From IMG/VR virus record IMGVR_UViG_3300037067_010746: DNA of 22,141 bases, one strand, 5' to 3'. A program made the translations under genes and the position numbers. This document shows, piece by piece, positions 9,469-16,706 of this stretch; the stretch's first letter is position 1; each line of letters opens with the position of its first letter. The DNA comes from an uncultured virus (IMG/VR IMGVR_UViG_3300037067_010746). Taxonomy: Duplodnaviria > Heunggongvirae > Uroviricota > Caudoviricetes. Under the pieces are notes generated by a model. That model ran no database searches. It was not told the origin of the DNA and saw nothing but the letters and a program-made list of their open reading frames with translations.

Positions 9469-9669
9469 CTACAACTTTGCTAATAATTCATCTAATTTAG
9501 AATTTAACGAATCCAACCTATCATAATTTGAGTAGGTTAATAAAGTTTCGTCAACATCTGTTAATTGCTCTTTAGTTAATGTCTTGCTTATTTCAATCAA
9601 TTCTTCTTCTTCAAAAATTGTAGCAGTTAAGTTTCTGCGTTTCTCTAATAATTCGTTAAATTTTTCCAT
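9469..9669 (-). CDS. Hypothetical acidic protein (cassette 2)
   Basis: 66-aa ORF filling the space between sites A and B. Confidence 0.7.
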   Translation of the reverse strand: MEKFNELLEKRRNLTATIFEEEELIEISKTLTKEQLTDVDETLLTYSNYDRLDSLNSKLDELLAKL

Positions 9670-9705
9670 CTTATAATTAAGTTATTCGTTAATAATCTGC
9701 ACAGT

Positions 9706-9758
9706 TTACAACAATAAATAAAAAACATTAAAACGATTTTTTATTCAAACCGTTATAG
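9706..9758 (+). repeat. attC-like site B (short)
   Basis: ttacAAC-aat-aAATAAAAAA...TTTTTTATTc-aaacc-GTTatag; about 53 nt. Confidence 0.7.
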
Positions 9759-9780
9759 CCAATTAAAAAGACGGCTACGA

Positions 9781-10083
9781 TTAAGCAAGTTTCGACTTAT
9801 CAAATCCTGCGATTTTAATTTCCACCTTTTCTCGTTGCATTTTACCATCTTGATAATACTCTGTCCAAATGTCGCCACTTTCTTCACCTTCACCTGATAG
9901 TTTAAATACAACTTTTGGGTGTCTTTTTGAGTATTCCACCATATTTTCTTTATGGTCGTACCATTTAATTTCGCCATCAAAGCAGTTGTTATAATCAGCT
10001 AACTCGCTAATCTCTTTTTCGTAATCAGTAACATAGTCGTTACCTTCTACAATCTCTAATTCGTGTCTTGTGTAGTATCCCAT
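9781..10083 (-). CDS. Hypothetical phage protein, 100 aa (cassette 3)
   Basis: Likely start MGYYTRHELEIV at 10083; KWYDH and LSGEGEESGDIW motifs common in phage proteins. Confidence 0.75.
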   Translation of the reverse strand: MGYYTRHELEIVEGNDYVTDYEKEISELADYNNCFDGEIKWYDHKENMVEYSKRHPKVVFKLSGEGEESGDIWTEYYQDGKMQREKVEIKIAGFDKSKLA

Positions 10084-10087
10084 TTCT

Positions 10088-10410
10088 TTAAAAATTAACT
10101 GGCTATAACACACAATAAAAAATATNNNNNNNNNNTTTTTGGCCAATTAAACATCCCAGCTACGTTCCCATTCTTGGATTATGTTTCTGTAATATTCTAC
10201 CGACTTTAACTTTTTGTAAGGATTGTTTTTTCGTAATCCATTTGGAAACTCACAACATAATCCATCGTGTCCAGTCATTCCATCTCCATCATGGCAACCG
10301 CATTTACATTCCATTACAACTGCCCATTTATATTTTTTATATGTCTTACAAAAAGTGCATTTACACATCTGATTAAAAATTAACTGGCTATAACACACAA
10401 TAAAAAATAT
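10088..10410 (+). repeat. 38-nt exact direct repeat (10088-10125 and 10373-10410), the left arms of attC-like sites C and D; site C is broken by an N gap
   Basis: TTAAAAATTAACTGGCTATAACACACAATAAAAAATAT occurs twice; Ns at 10126-10135. Confidence 0.9.
10147..10368 (-). CDS. Cys/His-rich small protein, 73 aa (cassette 4)
   Basis: Likely start MCKCTFCK at 10368; CKCGCH...HDGLCC suggests metal binding. Confidence 0.65.
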   Translation of the reverse strand: MCKCTFCKTYKKYKWAVVMECKCGCHDGDGMTGHDGLCCEFPNGLRKNNPYKKLKSVEYYRNIIQEWERSWDV

Positions 10411-10517
10411 ATGGGTGTTTGTGCCTATTTGTGCAGTTGTACCTTTAATTTGCTTCAATGTATGAGGACAGGTTACTGCTTTGAAATCCCATACATTTCT
10501 TATTGCCACCGTTAGTA
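10388..10517 (+). repeat. attC-like site D
   Basis: ctatAAC-aca-CAATAAaAAATaTATGGG...CCCATAcATTTcTTATTG-ccacc-GTTagta; about 130 nt. Confidence 0.8.
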
Positions 10518-10523
10518 GCCATT

Positions 10524-11147
10524 TTAAGAACCCCACTGCAACGCCATTGCTTCGGCAATTCCGGTAAAGGTTTTGGAACGGGCTTTCCTTCGTTCTTCTT
10601 TTGGTAATTTAAAAGATTCATAGTGCAATCGGCTGTCTGTTCGTCCACTTTTATGCACTATAATATCAGGTTCAACAATATTTGTAGGTTGTAGTTTTTG
10701 CAATCCTGCAATCCATAAACAAGTGCTTTTGCGTTCAGTATGCCCAAATTGGTAGGGTTGTATTATTTGGGCTGGCTTTTTATAAAGTCGGCTCATTATT
10801 CCAATTGGGTTTTCAATATAACCTTTACCAATTTTCTCCAATGCTTCGGCACACTTCAAAAAGTGTTCAATTGCTTCGGCTCTTTGTTCGTGTATGTTTG
10901 GGAAGCGTTCAGCGTATTCAGGCTTGTAATACTTATTAGCTGCAACTGTTAGTCTTGTACATTCTGGGTGCATACCTAAAAAGTCAGGCTTAATAAATTC
11001 TATTGCCTCAAAGCAATCCATTTGTAAGTGTCTTTCGGGGTGTTTTCCGCTTGCTGGTAATAAATCACAACTATAAGCATCGTGTCCAGCATTTAAAAAC
11101 GCTTGCATTACTGTTTGGCTTTCTTCGTGTGTTATCAATACTATCAT
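10524..11147 (-). CDS. Short phage-type DNA cytosine methyltransferase-like protein (cassette 5)
   Basis: VLITHEESQ...AF...GHDAYSCDL, HPECT (PC-like motif IV), IENP (motif VI), IIQPYQFGH, KSTCLW, RSKTFTGIAEAMALQW. Confidence 0.75.
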   Translation of the reverse strand: MIVLITHEESQTVMQAFLNAGHDAYSCDLLPASGKHPERHLQMDCFEAIEFIKPDFLGMHPECTRLTVAANKYYKPEYAERFPNIHEQRAEAIEHFLKCAEALEKIGKGYIENPIGIMSRLYKKPAQIIQPYQFGHTERKSTCLWIAGLQKLQPTNIVEPDIIVHKSGRTDSRLHYESFKLPKEERRKARSKTFTGIAEAMALQWGS

Positions 11148-11221
11148 AAAATTTGATTAAAAAATGAATAAAAACGGCACATAATACTACCTATACGTCA
11201 GTTTGCAAAAAGCAAACCGAT

Positions 11222-11497
11222 TTATTGCGGTTTCCATTCTTTATTACATTTAGTGCATATAAATTTTATGGGCGAACATTCATCTTCATCACAAGTGCAA
11301 ACCGATTTGCTAATATCAGCTAAATCTAATTTGCTTTGTTCTATGCTCGCTTGTAAAGCTTTGTTTTCTTCGTTCATTGCATATAGCAAGTTGTCTATAT
11401 TATTTACTTGCATCATTGCATACAATTCGTCTTTGGTATCTATTGCGTGTAATAGTTTACCTCTTATTTCTGATAATTCAATTATGTGTTTTTCCAT
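11222..11497 (-). CDS. Hypothetical protein with C-terminal Cys-rich (zinc-ribbon-like) tail (cassette 6)
   Basis: 91 aa; coiled-coil N-terminal part, then CTC...C...CTKC. Confidence 0.65.
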   Translation of the reverse strand: MEKHIIELSEIRGKLLHAIDTKDELYAMMQVNNIDNLLYAMNEENKALQASIEQSKLDLADISKSVCTCDEDECSPIKFICTKCNKEWKPQ

Positions 11498-11624
11498 ATT
11501 TTACACGTATTAAGTTATTTTTAAATTATTCGCAAACTATTGTTAGCTGTATAGCGTTATAGCCAATTACGTACAGCGTTGCTCGTACCTATTTAGCTTT
11601 TCATTATTCTAAAATTAATATGAT

Positions 11625-11679
11625 AAAAAAAAACTCAAGCAAAGCTTTCCAATAACACCATATTATTACTTTGCTTGAG
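11625..11679 (-). terminator. Putative terminator or processing hairpin
   Basis: 11-bp stem CTCAAGCAAAG/CTTTGCTTGAG with a 24-nt loop, followed by T9 on the minus strand. Confidence 0.5.
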
Positions 11680-11696
11680 AAGTACGGATATACTTG

Positions 11697-11789
11697 AAGA
11701 GATGATCGGATTCGAACCGATAGCGTTAAATGAATGGGATACATTTAATGTTCTAACCAATTGGTTTTCGACCTACGAACTACACCTCC
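11697..11789 (-). tRNA. Atypical tRNA-like gene (possibly Gly-CCC-derived, or a pseudo-tRNA)
   Basis: Acceptor GGAGGTG/CATCTCT, D stem GTTC/GAAC, T arm ATCGG-TTCGAAT-CCGAT; enlarged D loop and anticodon arm. Confidence 0.7.
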
Positions 11790-11791
11790 AT

Positions 11792-11830
11792 AAAAAAAGC
11801 CTTCTCGTATCTCTACATAAGAAGGCTTTT
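11792..11830 (-). terminator. Putative intrinsic terminator
   Basis: AAAAGCCTTCT/AGAAGGCTTTT stem with a T run on the minus strand, just after the 11838 stop. Confidence 0.65.
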
Positions 11831-11837
11831 ATATTTA

Positions 11838-12227
11838 TTAAACATTTGGCTGGACATCTGTTCCATCAAGTTTAAGATAAGATAGATCTTGATTATTTAA
11901 GTCCTTAAGGTTTATATTTAATATTTTATAAAATTCAGCGTTTCCGCTTAAGGACTTTCCGAGAATCACCACCTCAACTTCCAATATCTCATTAATAAAT
12001 AAAACAGAAATTTGAATAGTTGAAATATAGTTTATCAACTGACTCTGGACTATATTATCAATATTTAAACTTGCAATAGGTATATCTATATCAACATTAC
12101 TGCCGATATCTACTCCTATTACGTACCCTTGACTAACATCTACATTTAATGTAGTGTTCGATGCCATTAATAAACTCGTAAATAATAACGAGATAATAAC
12201 AGCTAATAAACCACGTAATGAATTCAT
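11838..12227 (-). CDS. Hypothetical exported/membrane protein
   Basis: Likely ATG at 12227; MNSLRGLLAVIISLLFTSLLMA is signal-peptide-like. Confidence 0.5.
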   Translation of the reverse strand: MNSLRGLLAVIISLLFTSLLMASNTTLNVDVSQGYVIGVDIGSNVDIDIPIASLNIDNIVQSQLINYISTIQISVLFINEILEVEVVILGKSLSGNAEFYKILNINLKDLNNQDLSYLKLDGTDVQPNV

Positions 12228-12401
12228 AAAATTAAGTATTAGTAAATAATTATTAAGAAATAAAAGTAATACATTTTTATCCAAAATGCAAAATTGAGTT
12301 ATTTTCGTTTTCTATATTTAAAATATAGTTCTAATAATAATACCCAAATAAATGATGTAATAGTTAAGAGTATTAACCATGCCAAAAAGAATTCTATTAA
12401 T

Positions 12402-12629
12402 CTAATCATTTGATTTAAGTGTTAGTATATGATTTGTATATTCTTTGATGGTAAGTTTACGAAGATGTAATCGATATCGATTTCTTGTATGACTTTCGAC
12501 AAAACATATCATAAACCATATTTTATTTTTCTTATTCTTTAAGGTCAACCAAATAATATCTCCAGATCGTGGAGTATTCATTTTCTTATAAATTTCATCT
12601 GATATTATATATTTCATTATAAATGACAA
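12402..12629 (-). CDS. Hypothetical protein
   Basis: ORF track; same-strand packing. Confidence 0.5.
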   Translation of the reverse strand: MSFIMKYIISDEIYKKMNTPRSGDIIWLTLKNKKNKIWFMICFVESHTRNRYRLHLRKLTIKEYTNHILTLKSND

Positions 12630-12871
12630 TTAGGATTAATAACTGGAAATTCTTTTTGAATATGATATGAACCATATGGAGATGTTGTAAGATGTATTTC
12701 TCTGTTTTTATGATGACAATAATCGTAATGAATAGAAATTGTTTTCATATCACTTGGTTTATCAATATCAATAAAATTTGTTTGTTTCTCAATTTCATCA
12801 ATAAGTTGTTTTGCTAATGAAAGAATCCTATCGTTAGGATTAACTTTTTTGTTTCTTATTCTAATATTCAT
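12617..12871 (-). CDS. Hypothetical protein (84 aa)
   Basis: ORF with AT-rich leader. Confidence 0.6.
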   Translation of the reverse strand: MNIRIRNKKVNPNDRILSLAKQLIDEIEKQTNFIDIDKPSDMKTISIHYDYCHHKNREIHLTTSPYGSYHIQKEFPVINPNCHL

Positions 12872-12891
12872 ATAAATTAATTTAATTATTA

Positions 12892-13314
12892 TTAAAACTC
12901 TAAATCTTTAATATAATCTTCTTCAATTGAGTCTTCAGGAAACAAGTATTCAAGTGTAAAACATTTATGCTTACGTTTAACGGTCTGTGTTCTTTCCATG
13001 CCAAATATATGATATACATGAGTGATAGCCTCTGTATCGTTCTTAGTATAACTACATTCATGATTATTATGTTCATAGTCATATACATCTTGAGGTTCAC
13101 AATTATCAGCTATCTCTTTGGTGTTAACTTCATAAAACTCATAAACTTTTTCAATACCTTCTTTAGTACCATATAAACCATTACCTACATTAATAATAGT
13201 TTTGTTTTGTAATTGCATTCTTTCTATTCCTTCATTATATTGTTGATGAGAGAAGGCAAAAAAGCAATCGACTAATACCGGTTGCTTTTCATTTATTTCT
13301 GCATAAGTTGCCAT
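12892..13314 (-). CDS. Conserved-looking hypothetical phage protein (140 aa)
   Basis: FFAFSHQQYNEG and YEHNNHECSYT motifs. Confidence 0.7.
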   Translation of the reverse strand: MATYAEINEKQPVLVDCFFAFSHQQYNEGIERMQLQNKTIINVGNGLYGTKEGIEKVYEFYEVNTKEIADNCEPQDVYDYEHNNHECSYTKNDTEAITHVYHIFGMERTQTVKRKHKCFTLEYLFPEDSIEEDYIKDLEF

Positions 13315-13316
13315 AA

Positions 13317-13556
13317 TTAAGGTAATATTAAATAAATTTGACTTATGAGATCTTCAAGTTCTTTAGTTCCAATTTCAACAGTACCATTATATTCCCCACT
13401 ACCAACAATATCATCAACTTCTATTGCAACATATTGTTCAAATGTGAGTTTCTTTTGTGCTTGAAGAAATTGAGCATCATCAGAAGAAAATTCTGATTTA
13501 CTAACAGTAACCCCACATATAGGGTCTGTAGATATGAAATATTTTATTATTCTCAT
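13317..13556 (-). CDS. Hypothetical protein (79 aa)
   Basis: Coupled ORF. Confidence 0.6.
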   Translation of the reverse strand: MRIIKYFISTDPICGVTVSKSEFSSDDAQFLQAQKKLTFEQYVAIEVDDIVGSGEYNGTVEIGTKELEDLISQIYLILP

Positions 13557-13768
13557 TCTAATATATTTTTTAATGTTTGAAATTCTTTAATTGTATCAGT
13601 AATATTCCTATCAAAATTATACAAGTGGATTTTAGTTTGTCCATGGAATTCATCTTGAAGAAATGTTTTAGTTTCTTCAGTTAAACTATCATATTGTAAT
13701 TCTAATTTTTCAACTTGATTTAAAAGTGATTTTAACTTAGGTAAATCTTTTCTATTTGGATTATTCAT
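13553..13768 (-). CDS. Hypothetical protein (71 aa)
   Basis: Coupled ORF. Confidence 0.6.
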   Translation of the reverse strand: MNNPNRKDLPKLKSLLNQVEKLELQYDSLTEETKTFLQDEFHGQTKIHLYNFDRNITDTIKEFQTLKNILE

Positions 13769-14049
13769 TAGATTACAGCTTTAATAGTGTTTCTTATTCG
13801 TTGATAAAGAACATCATTTGCATAGACTTCCTTATTTGTTATCATATCATCACCTATAGCTAATAATAGTTCAAACATATCAGGTGCAGCAGCTATAAGC
13901 TTAGCATTAGCTCTGTGTTCATTGATAGAACAATCTCGTAGCATAACTTTAGCAATAAGAGGCGTACCAATAGCTCCTATTGAAATTTCTCGATCAGGTT
14001 GAGTCCATTCATTGATAGACCATTTACCTTTTGTATGATTTGTTTCCAT
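13768..14049 (-). CDS. Phage hypothetical protein (HTxGxW...ANAxLIAAAP type)
   Basis: Likely start METNHTKGKW; ANAKLIAAAPDMFELL motif. Confidence 0.75.
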   Translation of the reverse strand: METNHTKGKWSINEWTQPDREISIGAIGTPLIAKVMLRDCSINEHRANAKLIAAAPDMFELLLAIGDDMITNKEVYANDVLYQRIRNTIKAVI

Positions 14050-14180
14050 AATTGTATTTATTAAATGATTGTGTATTGAATAGGAAAGTAACAAGTAATC
14101 ACATTCGTCTACGGGCAGATTAAATCTTTTCGCATATGTACCTCATACTTGTTACTATATTTTATATTAAATTATTTTCA

Positions 14181-14384
14181 TTACCTATAAATATTATGTA
14201 CTTGAATTAATAACAAATCTCCATTCCATGATGTTTGATATTCCTTAATAGTAGATTTATTATATATTGTTGGATTTGTTATAATATCAAATATCCTTGT
14301 CATTTCAATTTCGGTACCAGAGTATATTACTCCATCATTATCTATAATTTTCCACATATTATTAAAATTTATATTATTTCCCAA
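14181..14384 (-). CDS. Hypothetical protein
   Basis: ORF track. Confidence 0.55.
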   Translation of the reverse strand: MGNNINFNNMWKIIDNDGVIYSGTEIEMTRIFDIITNPTIYNKSTIKEYQTSWNGDLLLIQVHNIYR

Positions 14385-14584
14385 CTATTGTATTTTGGTA
14401 TTAAAGGGATATAATCATCTGAAGCTTTTTTATTACAAACTTTACATATCATTCCAGGAATAACTATATTATGATAATTTTCATCATCATAACCAATATC
14501 GATTGTAACATCGCCACAATGTTCACATACTAATTCTAAATTTAGATCTCGACGTGATTGATATAATATCTTTTTAATTTTCAT
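14369..14584 (-). CDS. Zinc-ribbon protein
   Basis: CEHC...CKVC. Confidence 0.7.
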   Translation of the reverse strand: MKIKKILYQSRRDLNLELVCEHCGDVTIDIGYDDENYHNIVIPGMICKVCNKKASDDYIPLIPKYNSWEII

Positions 14585-14764
14585 AACTGATTCTTATTTA
14601 TACATAAATAACACATAATCGGTAATTACACAATATAACTCTTACAATTCCGCATGAACATATTCCCACCTATATCCTTATTTAACATTAAAATCTTATA
14701 ACACTAATATAGCTATAACCATATAGACCCATAAAAAGGAATAAGTCAGCGAAACTGCATGCGA

Positions 14765-15010
14765 TTATTGAGCAATACTCATAGTAAATACATCTATGTT
14801 AAGACTTGATAATACTTGGTTTAAGACTGGTTTAGCATTGCGAGCACATAGGTTACAAGTGCAAGGTTCTTTGGTAAACTTACCACAACCTGAGTTGAAA
14901 ATATATCCATTCTTTATTATTTGTTGAAACTTGCCTGTTCTTATCAAGCGTTGAAGAGTTAAAGGGCTTATAACCCTTTGAATACTGGTGATTACAGTTG
15001 GTTGATTCAT
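14765..15010 (-). CDS. Hypothetical Cys-rich protein
   Basis: CG...CTCNLC. Confidence 0.6.
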   Translation of the reverse strand: MNQPTVITSIQRVISPLTLQRLIRTGKFQQIIKNGYIFNSGCGKFTKEPCTCNLCARNAKPVLNQVLSSLNIDVFTMSIAQ

Positions 15011-15162
15011 ATCCGTACAGTTTAATTTAATGGTTAATTGATGATTTATGGTGTATAAAAAAGGTGTATATTTATAGTTAAGTGATTGATAATCATTCGG
15101 CGAGTATATGCCTCATCTAAAGTATTACTTTAAGTAGATAAGTTATACCTATATATAAGGTA

Positions 15163-15444
15163 TCATTTATACCATTTAGATAATTCTAATCCTTTACCTA
15201 TTTTAAACTTGCCAACACTATCTTTTATATATATATAATTATTAGTATTAAGTTGTTTAATTGTATAGATGCAATAAGGACTATTCCATTCCAATTGAGA
15301 AATCGCATAGACACCAAACTCATTAACAGTAACAACAGTATCTTTACTACTATCATTATTATTACAAGATGATGTTACGAATAAGATTACTCCTATACAT
15401 ATAAGAGTTAATGCTAAGACTTTAAGATGTTTCATTATATTCAT
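15163..15444 (-). CDS. Putative lipoprotein
   Basis: MKHLKVLALTLICIGVILFVTSSC: basic N-region, hydrophobic core, lipobox-like SSC. Confidence 0.6.
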   Translation of the reverse strand: MNIMKHLKVLALTLICIGVILFVTSSCNNNDSSKDTVVTVNEFGVYAISQLEWNSPYCIYTIKQLNTNNYIYIKDSVGKFKIGKGLELSKWYK

Positions 15445-15481
15445 TGTTTGTTTGTGACTTTGTGCGTGCCAAGTTGTTGTT

Positions 15482-15506
15482 AAAAAAAAGGGGGATATTA
15501 CTCCCC
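15482..15506 (-). terminator. Intrinsic terminator
   Basis: GGGGA-tattac-TCCCC stem with T8 on the minus strand, just after the 15513 stop. Confidence 0.7.
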
Positions 15507-15512
15507 GATTCT

Positions 15513-15926
15513 CTATTCAACTTTTAATCCAGCTGCTGTTCTTGCAACTTGATTGTTTGACCATACTGCTTCTTCACCTTCAATTGCAACTAATCCTTCT
15601 GGAGTATGTAACAATGCAAGATGTCCAATCTCTTGAACTAATGCTTTACGGATAGCTGATTCAGTCTTTTGACCTTTCATCTTCGCTACAACTAATGGTT
15701 GATATTTTGCAATCAATACAGCATTAACACCTGCTGCTTCATCAGCCATAACGATACGTACTTTACCTTCATCACATTTTCCTGTGAAATAATCTTTTAA
15801 TGGTTTACCATCATCTGAAATTCCACGATCAGCTTTAACTTGAACGTCTTCTAATGTTTGCATGTTGAACGGTTTGAAACCAGAGTTGTCATTTACTCTT
15901 GGTGCTGGACAAATAATTGTTTTCAT
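15513..15926 (-). CDS. Hypothetical protein (137 aa), first gene of the leftward arm
   Basis: Clean ORF with AT-rich leader and its own terminator. Confidence 0.75.
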   Translation of the reverse strand: MKTIICPAPRVNDNSGFKPFNMQTLEDVQVKADRGISDDGKPLKDYFTGKCDEGKVRIVMADEAAGVNAVLIAKYQPLVVAKMKGQKTESAIRKALVQEIGHLALLHTPEGLVAIEGEEAVWSNNQVARTAAGLKVE

Positions 15927-16219
15927 AATAAATTGTTTAATATTAATTGATTTTATTTAACTGTAAGGCTCGGGGGGTCGCATAGGGGTATTCAGCGAGG
16001 GCGTAGATTTGGAATAAAGGTATGTGGGGGTATAATACCAAAGTAGATAGAACTTGAGTAGAGCTAACTTATAGCGAAATATGTAGGGGGGTTATGGGGG
16101 ATGGGGTGTTTTGATTGGGTGGGGGTGTTGAAAAGTGTGTTAATAACTGTATGACTAATATATTGTGCATTGACTAATATATTAGTTACTTTGTAATCGA
16201 GATATTAATATCATTACAG
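15927..16219. promoter_or_regulatory. Divergent intergenic region with G runs and an operator-like repeat
   Basis: Coding strand switches here; many G3-G6 runs; TGACTAATATATT at 16152 and 16171. Confidence 0.6.
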
Positions 16220-16414
16220 ATGACGATTAGATACAAGTGGGTTGCATTGCGGAAAAAGAGTAGGATTAGTATTTCCGAAATAAGCCGAAGAACAGGTATC
16301 AGTCGTAACATGGTATCTCTTTATGAGAATGGGAAGTGTGATATCGGAACAGATAAGTTAGAAATGATGATACAGTCAATAGGAAGTGAGTTACAAATAA
16401 AAACAGTCGAGTAA
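16220..16414 (+). CDS. XRE/Cro-type HTH regulator
   Basis: LRKKSRISISEISRRTGISRNMVSLYENGK. Confidence 0.88.
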   Translation: MTIRYKWVALRKKSRISISEISRRTGISRNMVSLYENGKCDIGTDKLEMMIQSIGSELQIKTVE

Positions 16415-16692
16415 TGGAAACACAAAAAACAATAGACTACACTACTTTACCATTAGAATTTAAAGTAGGTGACAGATTCCATTATCCCGAAGATAAACTT
16501 GGGATAACGGTTGATTACGAACTTAAATCTATTAAACAAAAAGAAGGTAATGATATGTATATATTTAAACCTCTTTCAAATTTCTATATGTGGAAAGGAC
16601 AAAAATTCAATCTTAAGAATTTTGAGTTACGTAAAAAAGAAATATTTGATTTATTATACAAAGGAGTATGGATACCATTAAAAACAAATTAA
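16414..16692 (+). CDS. Hypothetical protein (92 aa)
   Basis: Coupled to the HTH gene stop. Confidence 0.65.
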   Translation: METQKTIDYTTLPLEFKVGDRFHYPEDKLGITVDYELKSIKQKEGNDMYIFKPLSNFYMWKGQKFNLKNFELRKKEIFDLLYKGVWIPLKTN

Positions 16693-16706
16693 TTAAAAAT
16701 AAATAT

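Larger units (their letters stand above)
8973..11569. mobile_element. Array of about 6 gene cassettes with attC-like sites; no integrase in window
   Basis: GTT cores at 8973, 9456, 9752, 10511 and 11556; AAC cores ending at 9340, 9712, 10109 and 10394; imperfect stems between them; complementary cassette ends. Confidence 0.8.

Noticed and set aside
8973..10109. Cassette-end inverted repeats as IS/MITE terminal repeats
   Set aside because: No transposase or target-site duplications, the repeats differ between units except for the GTT/AAC core, and each is followed by an attC-like stem.
10088..10410. 38-nt repeat as a CRISPR array
   Set aside because: Only two copies about 285 nt apart with a gene between them, and no cas genes; better explained as shared cassette-site arms.
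9781..10536. Long N-terminal extensions in the ORF track (starts at 10146 and 10536)
   Set aside because: One crosses the N gap and both run through attC-like sequence; ATGs at 10083 and 10368 have typical AT-rich leaders. Read-through from 10536 cannot be fully excluded.
10524..11147. Complete restriction-modification system
   Set aside because: No recognisable endonuclease is adjacent; it appears to be an orphan methyltransferase-like cassette.
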